From contig CM082578.2 in the NCBI GenBank assembly GCA_040954595.2, positions 16,662,998-16,726,997 on the forward strand: DNA of 64,000 bases. The letters are read 5' to 3'. The DNA is from Balanoglossus misakiensis (Eukaryota; Animalia; Hemichordata). Position 1 is the first letter of the stretch; the number at the start of each line of letters is the position of its first letter. A program made the position numbers and the translations under genes. Of this stretch, positions 1 to 13,546 are shown piece after piece. A model generated the notes under the pieces. It saw only the letters and a list, made by a program, of their open reading frames with translations, had not been told where the DNA came from and made no database searches.

Positions 1-3000
1 ACGGTGTACCAGAAATTGAAGTGATCAATATTTACCTGCATGAGGTGTCAAATAACAGATGTGTTACTTCACACTCCCACACTCACCATTTTTGCCCCAG
101 GACAGTGATATTATGAATTCATATACTTATGGAACATGTCGAGATTCCCAATGGAAATCCATTTGACACTGCAGGCGATGCCAACAAGTTTCTTTCTAAG
201 CCTTCATGGTATAAAACTGCCTTTTCAAATTATAATGATTTCTGCTATGCACTAACCAACACCCCTCGCGCAAAAATTAACTGAATTAGAATAGCTACTG
301 CAATAGAAAATGGTAGACATGTACTACCATTGGTTTAAACACATGAATAGAGCAGGCAAATTAGCGCATGCAGTTGACAAAATATGTCAGTGGTAATTAC
401 AGCCATGCACCAAAGCTTTCTTTCTCCCATTAAATATGGCGTGCGCTGTTCTGTCTATCGCACATGTTCCACCACGTGAACACTTGTCCATATAGAAAGG
501 GACAGCATTTCCATTGAAGCGACAGTAGCAATCGACATCTGAAGTAATCGACGTCTGATCAGACGAATGGGAATAATCGAAGGTGTACAGACGAGTCATA
601 TCACATGACAAGAAATCTGCATTCGATGATATTCTGCAGAATCCAGTCGCTCATTGATTGACGGGGGAAAATAAAAGTGAATTGCAGTAGTGGATATTGT
701 AACGATGTCATTTGATAAGTTCACATTCATTGAAAGCTGTCGATATAGTATTCTTGATGAGTCTTGTTGGTAATCCTATGATGGACTGGAACCCAACACG
801 TCACCTTTGACAAAAAGCCCAGTGATCAACGGAGTAATATAGTTCAGTTCATCCAAAGTAAAGTGTATCTGCGGTACTAATTGTTTGAGAAATTGAATCA
901 AGATTAAGAATAAAAGGTTGCAAGTGAGTGAGCAAAAGGTGAATGTTACGTTTTAAATTTTGCAATGTAGCGTTGACTACATAACAAATTATAAGCCTGT
1001 CATGGGCTGTGGTACGCGCTAATAAAAGTCGAGCTATTGAAATTAAAATAGACCAATTCATATTAAAGTCATTTCACATTCCAATGTATAGTTAAACTAT
1101 TACCAAGATTGACGCTCAAAAAGCAGCCACTGGTTCCATCAGTGTGAGTTCGTCATGACACTGAAAGTTAGCATGAGTTGAAAGATTTTTCGAATAATGC
1201 TAATTACAGCGGATTTTTTTTTCTATCAAAGCTTAACTCTTTTTCTGGTTTATTGAGCAAATCATAGACAGCTGCAACGGGAAAAACATATTCGTTTATT
1301 CAACACTGAAGCATGTGTATGCATGGAAGTACCATACAGTAATTTTTTCTGTTATCATAAGTCCCACATATGCCTTTAATCAAATTTATTGAAATAAATG
1401 TGCATTAATTGTCTGTGACATATGCTTCGGATTTATCGCATCCGTGATTTCGTGACGACAAAATTTCACTCCACATATGGTGTGCCACACGAGAGGAGCA
1501 CAAAGGGACAAGTAAAAGGATCTCCCCATTCACAGAGTAACACGAAATCTGATTGGGTGAACAGTGGGTGACTCTGGTTGGCGGGTAGGCCCTATACGCT
1601 ATACTTTCTGATATTAGTGCCGAAATGCGTTTACTGGTAATAGTGTGTGAACTTTTCGTGCACATCTGTGCCTAAAATTTAGTCGATGATATAAATAGCC
1701 ATACTCACACGTTGAGGAAGATCAACAACATACATGTACATGCCTCGGGTCAATAAAAGAAGCATACACACAAAAATCCACACATGCGTATTGTGCAAAT
1801 ACGGAAAGCATATTTCGTTAATAATAATAAAGTGTGTATGTCAAAAGTAGATACATGCCAGGGGCATACACTGAGCAGAACAAGAAACCAGAGTTGATAC
1901 CCAAATCATGCTGAAAAATAGCCTAAAGTTGGAGTTACTGGGGCTTTAAATAAACAAAAGTGGTGTCAAAAGTGGATCCCGTTTCTACGTCAGTTCGCCT
2001 AGATGCGCCGGTAGCCATTTGACCCTTTCCAAATTTTGTGCTAGGAGAATTTTAAAGTGATTTGAAATTGTCGTTTCTGGTTGACTGCTGGCTGTAATCA
2101 ATAGAAGTCAGAAATTTGCTGAAATGTCCCCTGGATTTCGCCTCATGCAATACTGTAAATGTGACTTCCGGAAATTCGTTTGTTTCAAGACCATCACTTG
2201 CATTCATCTGTAACGAGGTGTGCCTTGAGATCCCACGGAAATGACGCAAGAAACTTGATTAAACTTGCCTGACCTTTCGGTTTGCCTCAGAATGAATTGA
2301 TAGACTTGGTGACATTTGCAAGCCAGTTTTCGCATGGTTTTATTTTACTCAACGCGAAATGCAAATTAGAGGAGGCATTGAGACGCTATACCAAATCACG
2401 GTCAGTGACCGTGTTCAAATGTCCTGACCCATCGAAAGATCAAGTTAATTCGCCCGCTCAAGGAAACTCGGTTGATGAGTTCACTTAACAACGTAATCAT
2501 TGTACAAATTCAGCTGATATGAGATGGTGAATACATGCGTTTTGCCCGAAAGTGCCAATTATTCGGAAAATACTTCCTGAAGTATTGTCCAAAAAGAGAT
2601 GTTAGTTTCAATCACTTTCAACAATCGGTTTTTTACTTTTTTTGAGCTATCTAAACATTTGTGAGTATATATATGTCACTGTTGCGTCTTATTGTGTTTG
2701 TGAGCCTTTTGTGGAATTTGCTGACAGAGTACCGGTATGCCAGGGACATAGAAAGACAAAAAGTTGAAATCTGAATTTTCACTAAGAGTAAATAGTTCGT
2801 GCTTCAGGCTTCACATATCAAACTCACTCTGTTCATGGTCTCTTATGTGATACCCGCCGTGCCATCCCTTTAAGACTGAACTCACCCTGCTTTCATGAAA
2901 AATTCAGAAACTGACTTTCGACTGGTTTTGTAATTTGCTGAGAACGCCGTTTGGGCCTTTGGCTTGGACTTATATTCTGCAAGACACGATCCGCCGGGAG

Positions 3001-6000
3001 TATGAGTCACAAGGGAGGGGATTTGTCAGGAGACAATCAATCAACTTGTGACTGCTGTCAAATGCCAAATTAAAACAACAGCGATTGAATGATTGCACTG
3101 GTAACAGTGTTGTTTTATCATTGGTGGAGTTGCCATTATGCGGGCATTTGCTGATGTACAGTATAAAATGTACCAACGACCCGATTTATACTCGCGTTCA
3201 CAAGGATTGTGAAAAAGCACATGAAAACAAAATTATCTCACCATTATATCAGGGAGAAGTATACCTCCATGTATCCGGCTGAACATCTCTGATAAAATGG
3301 CGCTTACATTGAAGGAAGAAGGAAATTTGTGTTTTAGATAGGAAGTGCTGTTTGCCTAGCTTGTCTGACATATGCAATCCTCTTTCTATAAATGATACTA
3401 TCGGAAATACACATCAAGAAAACACGGAGCCCCTCCATATTTTAAGCCTTGCGACTGGAACTCGTCTACATTCAAATGGCCGTATGCATTTTTGCAGTGA
3501 CAAGTAGGGCAACTTTCAGTTCAACTGACAATTCTAGTTTTGGGCGAGACTATAGATACCACGGTCATATAAATGTTTCATTGACTGTGTCATCTACGTT
3601 GACATGACAGAGAGAGAGAGGGGGGATGAGTGTGTCGAGCTATTCTCCATGGGCACAAAACTCTTTTTTCTTATGTTTCGTCATGGTTCAAACTTTGAAT
3701 TGCTAAAGTGTGTCCCGAGTGTCATTATTAAAGAAAAAGATGCACGGCAACCTTTCATTGAGCTGTGGGGTCGTGGAATCAGATATTATACATGTCCTGT
3801 GAGAAACTGTGACAGCTTGTATGATATTTCGCCCGCAGAATACACGGATTACTAAATTGTTATCTCGAGTAATGAAAAATGCAGTTCCATAGCCCACACA
3901 TTGTTCTATACTGCGCAAGCTCAGAAAGAAACACGAACGCGGGAAAGCATCTACATTAATAATGACGGCAATAATTCTTTGCTTTTGGTGAAATTGTCAA
4001 TAAACAAATTCATACAGAGTCGACCCTCAGAAAGAAAACCTATTATATTACCATGGCCTGTGCGCCGCATTTTAATTGGTCGAGATGAACGACGTCACTG
4101 GCCACAAATACTCAGTAATGGTTTGTTTACATGCCCGTAAATCTAAATAGTAATATTAGCAAACAGTTCAGTGAATACAACATATTGCGGAACACAAGTT
4201 CCGGGCCCTATAGTCTTTTGCGTGGGACATTTTTGTAGATTTTGACGGTTTTCTTGAGTTCGTTGGTAATATAATGGAAATAACGGACGACGGAATTTGG
4301 AATTCTATACTATACTGCTGATGCATGATAAACATGTCTGCTAGAAGAAGTAAATGCTTAAACGGATAAATGCGTGTTCCTTATTGATGTCAATGAAATA
4401 GGAGAGTTTGTAAATTTGCAAGCTGACCTAAAGTTTTCAGAAGCGCGTTGTAAAAATAAGATTTGCGAGCGATAGTTATTTAAATGCCCGCTAAATGATT
4501 CAAAGACATAATTATGGGGTGATCAAATGGCCCCACTGTGTTTCGAGATACGCTTCTGTCTGAGACTGTGTCAGGTTACAAATTGAGTTTTCAGATCTTG
4601 CTTGTCACCGATGCCGTGGTCAGGTTTAATGAATACTGTAGATTACATAGGCACGTGTAATCAATACAGCGATTTCAGACCAATAGGATGATACAGGGAA
4701 CTATACTGGACAACAGATAGCAAACGAATGACAATGTCATGGCTACATGTATATAAACCTACCTGTAGCTGCTGAAGACATTTAACGTGGCGCAGTTGCT
4801 AGATGTCCCATAAATTGTTGTGTATGATATACAGTACCCTAAATTAGTACAGCCAAAACCGTCTATAGCGGCCAGGGACTTCACGAAACATGGACAGGTG
4901 GCCGTTATAGGATAGACAGGCCAATTAATGAGGCTGTTGTACAAAGTATATCACTTTGGCATAAAAGGCAACATTTGACAAGACCTCCCAAACACATTTA
5001 ATATTAGTTAGCTAATCGATTATGATAAGCTATGACATGATTACGGCCGTAAGATTCTATTTTCAAGCATCTGAATGCATTAGTGTTCATGATACAATAA
5101 AGCGTTAAGTGGAGCATAACAGTCAATTAAATATGCAATTTGCTCGTTTGCTCCGAAGGAAGAGCGGTCCTCCTTAAATTCTGTATTCGACTCACGTACC
5201 AGAAACACAGCGTACATGGAAATATTATTAGAGCCTGCTAATTGTGCAAGGGTCACAGATTAACCGGCAAATGTTCTTATTCCCTAAAAGCACCCATCGG
5301 CAATTTTCTATTATGCCTTCGTCATGGGTGCGAGTGTTAGCTGATAGCAAAATATGATGACGCCACACTGAAGTTCTTTATGTTTACCGGTATATTGGGG
5401 AAAATATTTTTTTTCTTGAGAAGATAGAAAATATAAAAAGGCACATTATAAATTGTAACACACAATAACAGTCCATGCACGGGGGCATATTTAGTTCACA
5501 TCTTGCTTAACTGCTATAAGCAATAACATCCATTTGATGATGACTTTCCAAAGAGATGGAAATGCGAGTGATCAAAACAAAATGCTTCAGTTGTGTAGAT
5601 GTCAAGGAGAATATTAAGTACAGAGACTAAAATGTTACACTATATTACTTTGAAAGCATTTTCGAAGACGCATCTGAATCCCATCATCTGCATCCTGTTC
5701 CTCATTGTGAATTTGCATTGACAAGGTTGTCTCCAAATCCACGTAGCAGTATAGTACTGGCCCAAGTGTATGTTAGATGGCACCATGTTGTCTATGCTCT
5801 TCTGAAAATTTATGTCAAGGCAGAAACATCTTTCACACACAAAAATGATCATTAAACATATACGAGCCTCAGGCCCGATTTCTAAGGCAACAAAATAATA
5901 CACTTGAATGATGATGATGATGATGACAATCCCTCACTCAATGACTCTATGTTTTCACTCAGAAAACGGATTCTTTGCTGACATTTACGAATTGAGATGT

Positions 6001-8245
6001 TTATATGTTCAGCCCAAGAAGCCATGTTTGTAACTGTTTACTCTTTTAACGTCATTTTTGGTTGTGTATTCCACTTTGTCAGAAGTTTGAGTCCAAGTCT
6101 GTCTGTGGTTTCAAAATGACAAATACTAAATAATTAGTCACGAGCACCATGTCACCGGGCATCTACAGTGCCTTTCTTGAACCTTTTCTGTATACAAGGA
6201 ATGAAGTGCAAGTGAGTGCTATACATATACTTGTATTCAACTCTGAAAGGAGTACAGATGAAAAAGTAATTATGCGCATGAGATACGCAGAGTGGGTAAG
6301 TAGGTAACACAAAGAACAGTAATGTACACACCCATTACACCGAAGGAAAGTTTAACCGCGCTGCCGCATAATTTGTCAATCAATTCGCAGAGCGTTCAGT
6401 TGCCGTGCCATTTGATCAGAAGTTACAAGTACTGTGAAGTAACGGTGGCATCAATTATTGCGTCACCAGCAATAAATTGGCATTGCCTGGATGCTTTTTC
6501 AGAGAGGAGTATTCAACTAAACGGGTCGATAGCAAGTTGGCGGTGCGGTAACCATGACAACAAGACCTTTTGGATCAGTCCTGGAAAGTGTGACTCAAAT
6601 TGAAAAAAATGTGCGATTAATGAACTCACTGACAAAAACGCTTTTAATCATGCAGGTAATTAAGTTAGCTATCTCAAATGCTGTGCACTATGTGACAGTC
6701 AATTTACTGTTAATCGTAGCAATTTCTCTACGCCACTGTATAACCGCATATGCGCTGAATCCATGCTCCCGTGTTTTGTCCTCATTGAAAGGCACTCTTA
6801 TATCACTAGAGGAGTATTATAGATATCTAAACAACTAAACGTTTCTTAGTGCACTGTGGTCTTTTCAGATGCTCAGTGGGTTTAAGAGGTGGGGTTCAAA
6901 TAAAAACTTAATTATGCAAGTCAAATATGCCCAAATCTGTCATTTTGTGGTATTTTGCAAAAACCAATGTTAATCTGACCAACCATGCTTGGGATGTTGC
7001 ACCAACAGACAGACTGATAGACAACAGTACGACATATGAGAACACGGGAGTTAAATGGGGCGATTGTACGTCCAGCTTACTCTGCTCTGTACTTTGAAAT
7101 AACCCTAATCACACAAGCTCCCGCCTGAAAGGGGGAACGAAAACCAATCGACACAGAAAATTGAAAAAATCTCTTAATCGAAGTATACCTCAACTGCTGT
7201 GACGACTCAGTAGCTGCTATTTACATCCCACTCAGTACGTCTCTTCAGATTATTCTCATTGTCACGTTGGTTACATGTACTTTAACAACAACTGTCTCTT
7301 CATTAATGCATGCACTGCCTACATCTTAATGTACTCTTTTAAAAACACAGCTGTGTCTTGCTGTGTGTATGTCATCGACTTTCAATAAATTGGTCTTCTG
7401 TAGAGTTACGATTCGTCAATGCGTTCTCATAACTGCAAATATGTAATGTATATGTAGGGTCTTTTAATAAAGTGTCCTGGAGAGCTAGCGTTGTTTTGAG
7501 ACATTGTTTGTAGACGTGCGGGGGATATTCTACACTGCACATTGTGGCAACTGGAGCCTTCTGTAATACAGTACATGTGAATTTGCGTGTCTGTTTCAGA
7601 TTTTATCAGTTAAAGTACCCGTGCCTTGCGTTGCCACTTGAACGTTGGATGCTATTCATGCAGTCATGCAGCGTTCCATCGTGACCGATAGACACAGCCG
7701 AGTGAAATCAATTCATGTTTGTTCAAGTGAAGGAAGAGGAAGATGAACTGTAGAATTCGCTTCTGCTAATTCCTAGGCGACGGCGGTGTTTGTCTTCATA
7801 TCCATCTATTCCTGAGAACCCATTTTTCCACATGACCATTCCGTCTGCATATGCAAATTCCCTAACTTTGAAAAATGGCGTAATACAAGTAGCCCCTAAC
7901 ACACTGAAATTGCGAGGAGACAAACTGTGTCACCAGAACACCACTAAATACGCTTAGTATGTACTTAGTACAAGTTTCCATTGATCGGTGGCAATGGACA
8001 TGAGACCCTGTGGGACTATTGACCCCAGAATATTCTTTCAACATTAATGATCCAAGTATAACCTGCGCCCAGTGGAGTTATAACTCATGGTACTTTGCAG
8101 TTAAATTTGGCTGCTGCTTTATCAACCAGTAGAAGTAACCACCCAACATCAGGAAAAAGTGGGGATGTAACAGTCCTATACTGGATATTATTAAAAAGAA
8201 ATACATATTTCGTATATATTCTAAGAGAGAAAAGTTCATCTTGCC

Positions 8246-8267
8246 GGGGGGGGGGGGGGGGGGGGGG
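8246..8267. repeat. Poly-G tract (22 nt), G-quadruplex-capable
   Basis: Read directly. Confidence 0.95.
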
Positions 8268-11200
8268 AATCATGTGTAAAATGGGGTTAGAAGGAAATCT
8301 AAGGCGAAATGTGTGTCAACTGATGAACTTTTGCAGGTAAGACATTCTGATCAGATGTACACATTTTGAATTCAGGAATATACATTTGCACGCTACCCAT
8401 TTTCCATGGATCAATGTAGAACGTCATAACAGTTAAACTGGCATTCCTGGGAATTCATAGGAACTGTAAGATATGTACGCGCTCAACTGAATTTATCGCT
8501 TTATTGCCTAAAAGAGCAATCAAAGCAAACAATTATTATTGAGAGGGGATTTGTAATTAGTACTTTAAAGCTTTGGCAATTGCATGGAAAGTATACGTGA
8601 CCCTGTGACGTCAGTAATCCCTGTAAAGGAGGAATGGAGTGAAAGTAAGACTTCACCACAGCATATCCACTGTCAATCATTTGCTTGTGAATTGTCAGTG
8701 ATGTTTGCAGTCTAGGGCTTAATTAATTGCAATGATAATTCATTTCCAAAGTAAAAACAATTTTCTAGGGTCTCTGTATTTCTATACTGATTTCCAATTT
8801 GGAAGAAAAGTTGCTTCCCACCTGCCTGGAATCTGTCCAAGCTCGCGGACAATCTAGATTTAACTTATGATGCGAGAAAATTGTACCGTTCCACTGTGGC
8901 TATCAATCAGCATAATATTATCTGACTTATACTCCCCCTATGTGGTTTTACAGAGACTTTTGCAATAGAAAATCCAGGCTATCAGCTCATATACTGCACC
9001 CTTTTCTGTCAATGGTTTGTGTTGAAGTTGACACATGTCTAGGTAATTTAGATTAAGCATCAAATGCAGGATGTGTTTTCGTTATTTAGAAATTCCATGT
9101 TTTATGGAGACGTCCAAAGCATATTGATTTTAATCGCACACAACAAATGGCAGTTTGATGATTGGCAGGGCAGAAGTCCTTCACATGTTTATGAAAAATT
9201 ATTTGACAAAGCGCGTCCAAAAACCTACCGTGTTTTGTGCGGTAGGCAATTAACGTTATATCGGAATTCTTTGACTGACCCTCAGAAACAGTCCTCGTAT
9301 GTCCTGTCAAAGGAATGCACAGTTGTTGCAAGCATGTTTTTTTCTTAATCATGCCAAGCCACTATAGGAAACACATCTGCTGATTTTTGATCAATTTAAA
9401 TCTTTTCAGGGCGAGCACATGAGGCATCGCTACAGATATTGCACATTTATTACTCCTGGTGTCTGACTAATTGCTGTATTGCAGATTGTAATAGAAATAT
9501 TTTGGGCGTCTTTTCGGCCATTCTTTCTCTGGTTCCCGTAGGATCTTCAAGCTGCAACTTTAAATCGGTTTATCTCCCACATATTCATGATATTCGATTG
9601 AAAAATCAGGCGCTATGAAATATGGGTATGCACAAACAAGACAACGGTTTTCTGTTATCAGCGTCTACAGTGATATTTCCACGTAACACTCTCTCCTTTC
9701 CTTGAAAGCAAGATTGACGATGCAGTTAAAATAGAATCATACGACAAGATGTGAGTTCCAATTGATTGTGCGCATCCCCCTTTGATCAGCGACCGAGTTA
9801 CATTGTGCGCTATGTGATCCCAATTTGACCCATAATTATCCTTTGCGACTGTACTAACGTATCTTTGCTTCTGAAACACGACGAGCAAACCAGCAGACGA
9901 CAACATTAAACGTTTGCATCAGTCAGATGTTTTACATGTAAATGAACTACCGGTCAATTGTGCAGCTGCTAACGGAAACAATTTAATACCCAGCAGTTTG
10001 TCCTTTAGTGTCAATCCAGGGTAATTTACTGATAAACCATGCTTTATATGGTAATTTCACCTGAAAGAACAAGACACTGATAAAGTTATAATGGCAATGA
10101 ATGGTTTTAATATAAAACGTTTATAGAATGTAACCTTGCATGAGCGCACACTAACAACAGCTGTATTACTTACAATGAACATTCTGCATGTGATGAAAAT
10201 GGGTTAATTAGTATTTTTATTTTATTGTCGGATATACAAATGTACGTGTATTCACTGTAATCCTCATCATGAGCGATCGATACCAAACAGCATAACAGTT
10301 TATGGGCACACACAACTTAATTACCCACCTAATTACAGCAACAATTCTCCCTGCCTTAAATAAGTTTTTGCCACCTAGGGGAGTAATGAAAATCTCATAT
10401 GGTCAGCTGGGTTTATTCTGAAACTTTGTAACAGAAAAAATGTTTAAAAAGTTCCAATAATACAATGAAGGGAAGCTCAACTTAATGCAATTATTAAAGC
10501 CCCATTTTGGTTTTTATCAAAGGCAACTTATGTATGATTGTGGAAGTCTGACCACAGGCAGGTTTTCAAACTAGTGACGAACGTACATACAACCTAGATT
10601 TAAACAAATAAATAAATTACAAGGTTTGAACTTACAAGTCAAATATGGCTGCCGGCAGTCTCATGGAATAGAGGTCACGCAGTTAGATCAGATCACACGA
10701 GCTCATCATGTATATTGGACTTACATGTACCCATGTCAATGTCACCAAAGTATGTGAAGGCCAACACAACCTGCTAATAAACACACCATTTACATTACAT
10801 TCTTTGTCGTGATGGCTGTTTCAAAAATGGTGATGCATTTCATCAGTGGGCATAATCATCTAGATTTGATATACCTAATCCATAGGCAGGGATTTAAATA
10901 ATAACATTTTCCAAGTCAATATGGCTTGATGACAGAATCTAAAATGTCGAATCCTAGATGGGTGGACGGTATATTCTGGTGAGCAATATGCAAAGACGAT
11001 AATACGGGTACACACGCTTTAATAAAACGTGTCGAAATAGAGCAGGGCGCGAGGAAATCTAGTTTGGGCACCAGGATATTAAAATCCATAGGGCTATTGT
11101 GTTTCTTTACTCAAACGTGCGACAAGCGTTTTCTATACACTGCAGGTATAACATTGAAACTAGAGCTGAAGGACTGAAATAATGATATTATTTCATAAAT

Positions 11201-11451
11201 AATAAATTGTTCCAAAGAAAAGTAAAGGTTTAAAGAATTCTTTTCAGGCACTTGCCTTACATATTCTCTATCGACGGCTTTGGTTCGTATGTTATATTCA
11301 TGACTTATCATACAAAGATCAATTGAGTTTCTGGTTAACGCACGTTTTATTATGATGGAAAGGTTAAACATACAAGTATACACTACTGACATGAAATATG
11401 CCTCTCCGTACTGTAGTTTAATTTTACCATCCACAGGTCAGAACTGTTTAA

Positions 11452-11486
11452 AGGGACAAAGTCTCTCTCTCGCTGCCCTTTTTTGA

Positions 11487-11487
<1 letters not shown>
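11452..11487 (+). mobile_element. Truncated end of the same Kolobok-type MITE family
   Basis: TTAA|AGGGACAAAGTCTCTCTCTCGCTGCCCTTT is nearly identical to the TIR of the 24202-24487 element. It runs directly into a (TACA)n tract and no partner end is seen. Confidence 0.75.
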
Positions 11488-11517
<30 letters not shown>

Positions 11518-11627
11518 CATACATACATACATACATACATACATACATACATACATACATACATACATACATACATACATACATACATACATACATACAT
11601 ACATACATACATACATACATACATACA
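11488..11627. repeat. (TACA)n microsatellite, about 35 units, perfect
   Basis: Read directly; it explains the MYVC/HTYI pseudo-ORFs. Confidence 0.99.
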
Positions 11628-11629
11628 TT

Positions 11630-12020
11630 ACCTGGATCTTTTTATTATTGTCGGTAAAACCTATTGTTTTCTTTGCATATTATTTACTATTCTGGAGACC
11701 CTTGGCCCAAGGATTCGTCCATCTTCTTTACTGACATCTTTAATAGGGTGAAATGTCATGAATCCCTGTCTTCGGTCTTCAAGACTTCGTAACATGTGTT
11801 TGCCTCAGATATGCCATAGAACATTCTTGATTCAGATCTAGCATTTATCTACCCACACATCAAGGGAGTTGCGAAAGCCTTTCTGTGCTCTACATCTCTA
11901 CACTGATACCCACAGAGGTCGTTCTAGTACATACTGTTCATAGGTTTTTTTCGCTTACCCATTTTGTACATTTGTCAGCTAATGGAGTTCGAAGCCGGCT
12001 TCGTGAAAGCCGAGGTTTAT
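11630..12020 (-). mobile_element. Possible highly decayed RTE-clade LINE fragment (RT C-terminal region)
   Basis: Frameshifted minus-strand translation gives, in the expected order, TSAFTK / YEQYVL / LCGYQC / SLDVW / RMFYGIS..YEVLK / SVKK..LGQ / YAKK. This resembles the RTE pattern AxSAFxKL..YxxxVLxxLLYGxExW..FEMW..RRILxISW..NEEVL..IKxR..GH. Many stops; judged by eye only. Confidence 0.3.
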
Positions 12021-12279
12021 CAGGTTAAGAAGGCTCCCCGTCACGAATAGTGACCTTTCTCTTTCAGTATTCACCATGGTGTGTTGGCTTTTGGAATTCG
12101 ATTCTCCATGCACTCATTCAAAGAGACGCAAAGGTTGCTATTCGGAATACACACAGTTGCATAGCATGATTGTTCAGCTGATTTTGATTCGACGCTGATG
12201 GGACTATGGCGACGAAAATAGCAGGATGTCAGGGTGCTGTATAAATGAAAATTAATTAAACTGGAAGGAAGAAAATGGA

Positions 12280-12745
12280 AATGCTTGGTGCAAGTTAAGG
12301 GAGCAGTCCTCTTGATTGATAGGCTATATTACCAAACTTTGTTGCTAAATAAAGATACATGTAGTGTGGATTTAGAACATTATTTTATAATGAGGAATGT
12401 TGCTTATTTACTTGTTTTACATACAATTCTGTTGTAACAATAACATCCAAATCAATATCTACAGAGCACAATTTATTACAAGGTTGTTGAAATTGCTTAT
12501 GAGCCGTTTATATCGTCCGTTTACATCGCATGGCCTTTTCGTCGTCTGTGTAAGGTTCTAAGCATGCCATATTCTAAACCTTTAATCGGATTTAGTTCAA
12601 AGCAGGTTCCCGCCTTTGTAGAGAGATTTGCCAACTTCTGACATTTACCGAAGGTCTCGCTCTAACAGCCTGTTCGAGACGTGCAGACCAGTAGCAATAG
12701 TGCAAACGTGTATGACTTGCTGCACGAATGACGCTGGGGTGTTTT
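12280..12745 (-). mobile_element. Possible highly decayed CR1/L2-group LINE 3' fragment
   Basis: Minus-strand fragments in order: HTRLHYC (cf. SRLDYC), QKLANL (cf. KLQxxQ), TLHRRRKGH..ING (cf. LxxRRxxH..NG), KVW*YSLSIKRTAPLTCTK (cf. KLWNxLPxxIKxxxSLxxFK). Judged by eye only. Confidence 0.3.
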
Positions 12746-13441
12746 CGCTAAGTTTTGCCCAATGAATGAAATCCCCAACACGTCAAACAAAGCGATTGCA
12801 ATATGGTATTTTCTAGTTCACTGTACATTGCAAAGCTTGGTACTGTTTGTAGCGGGGAGAGTGAAGATCTCTCGATTGGTGACTGGTGCAATATGAACAG
12901 CTCTCGAAACATGTACATGTACACAAGTCTGCTGAACCATATGGTATATGTAACACTTGAAGGACATGTCCTTAGATATATTAAAGATTTATTAAAGCCA
13001 TTAAACGTCAATCAATTAGCCAGTAATATGTTGGATATCATTATTCTAGACTAGCCTTAATCAAGCCCTGAAATCATTATCAGTTTCTGTTTGTCCTTGT
13101 CTTAGATATAAGATCAGAACTAATAAGCCCAGCGAAATATGAATATTTTACAGACAAAAGAATGATTAAAAATTAACATTTTAGGGACCTATAGGACCAG
13201 TCTTTACTTGTGTTAAAAACTGTGAAATATACTGAAATGCTAACTAAATTCGGTGCATTGTATACATTGTAGAATTAAATAGAATTTCTTTTGGTCGAGA
13301 GAATCACGCATTATCATTGATCAATTACTTTCCCAACGCCCACTCCGATATGTAGTTTTCGCATGATTTTGCATATTTTGATGTCAGCTTTTGTGGTGTC
13401 CGCGAGGGGAAAAAAAAGACTTCCATAACCAGGTCCACCTG

Positions 13442-13546
13442 CACACACACACACATACACACACACAGACACACACACACACACATGTGCATACATACAT
13501 ACATACATACATACATACATACATACATACATACATACATACATAC
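13442..13546. repeat. Compound microsatellite (CA)n + (CATA)n
   Basis: Interrupted (CA)n at 13442-13485 followed by (CATA)n at 13490-13546. Confidence 0.98.

Noticed and set aside
11383-11734. MYVC/HTYI repeat ORFs (also at 13314-13669)
   Set aside because: These are translations of (TACA)n and (CA)n microsatellites.
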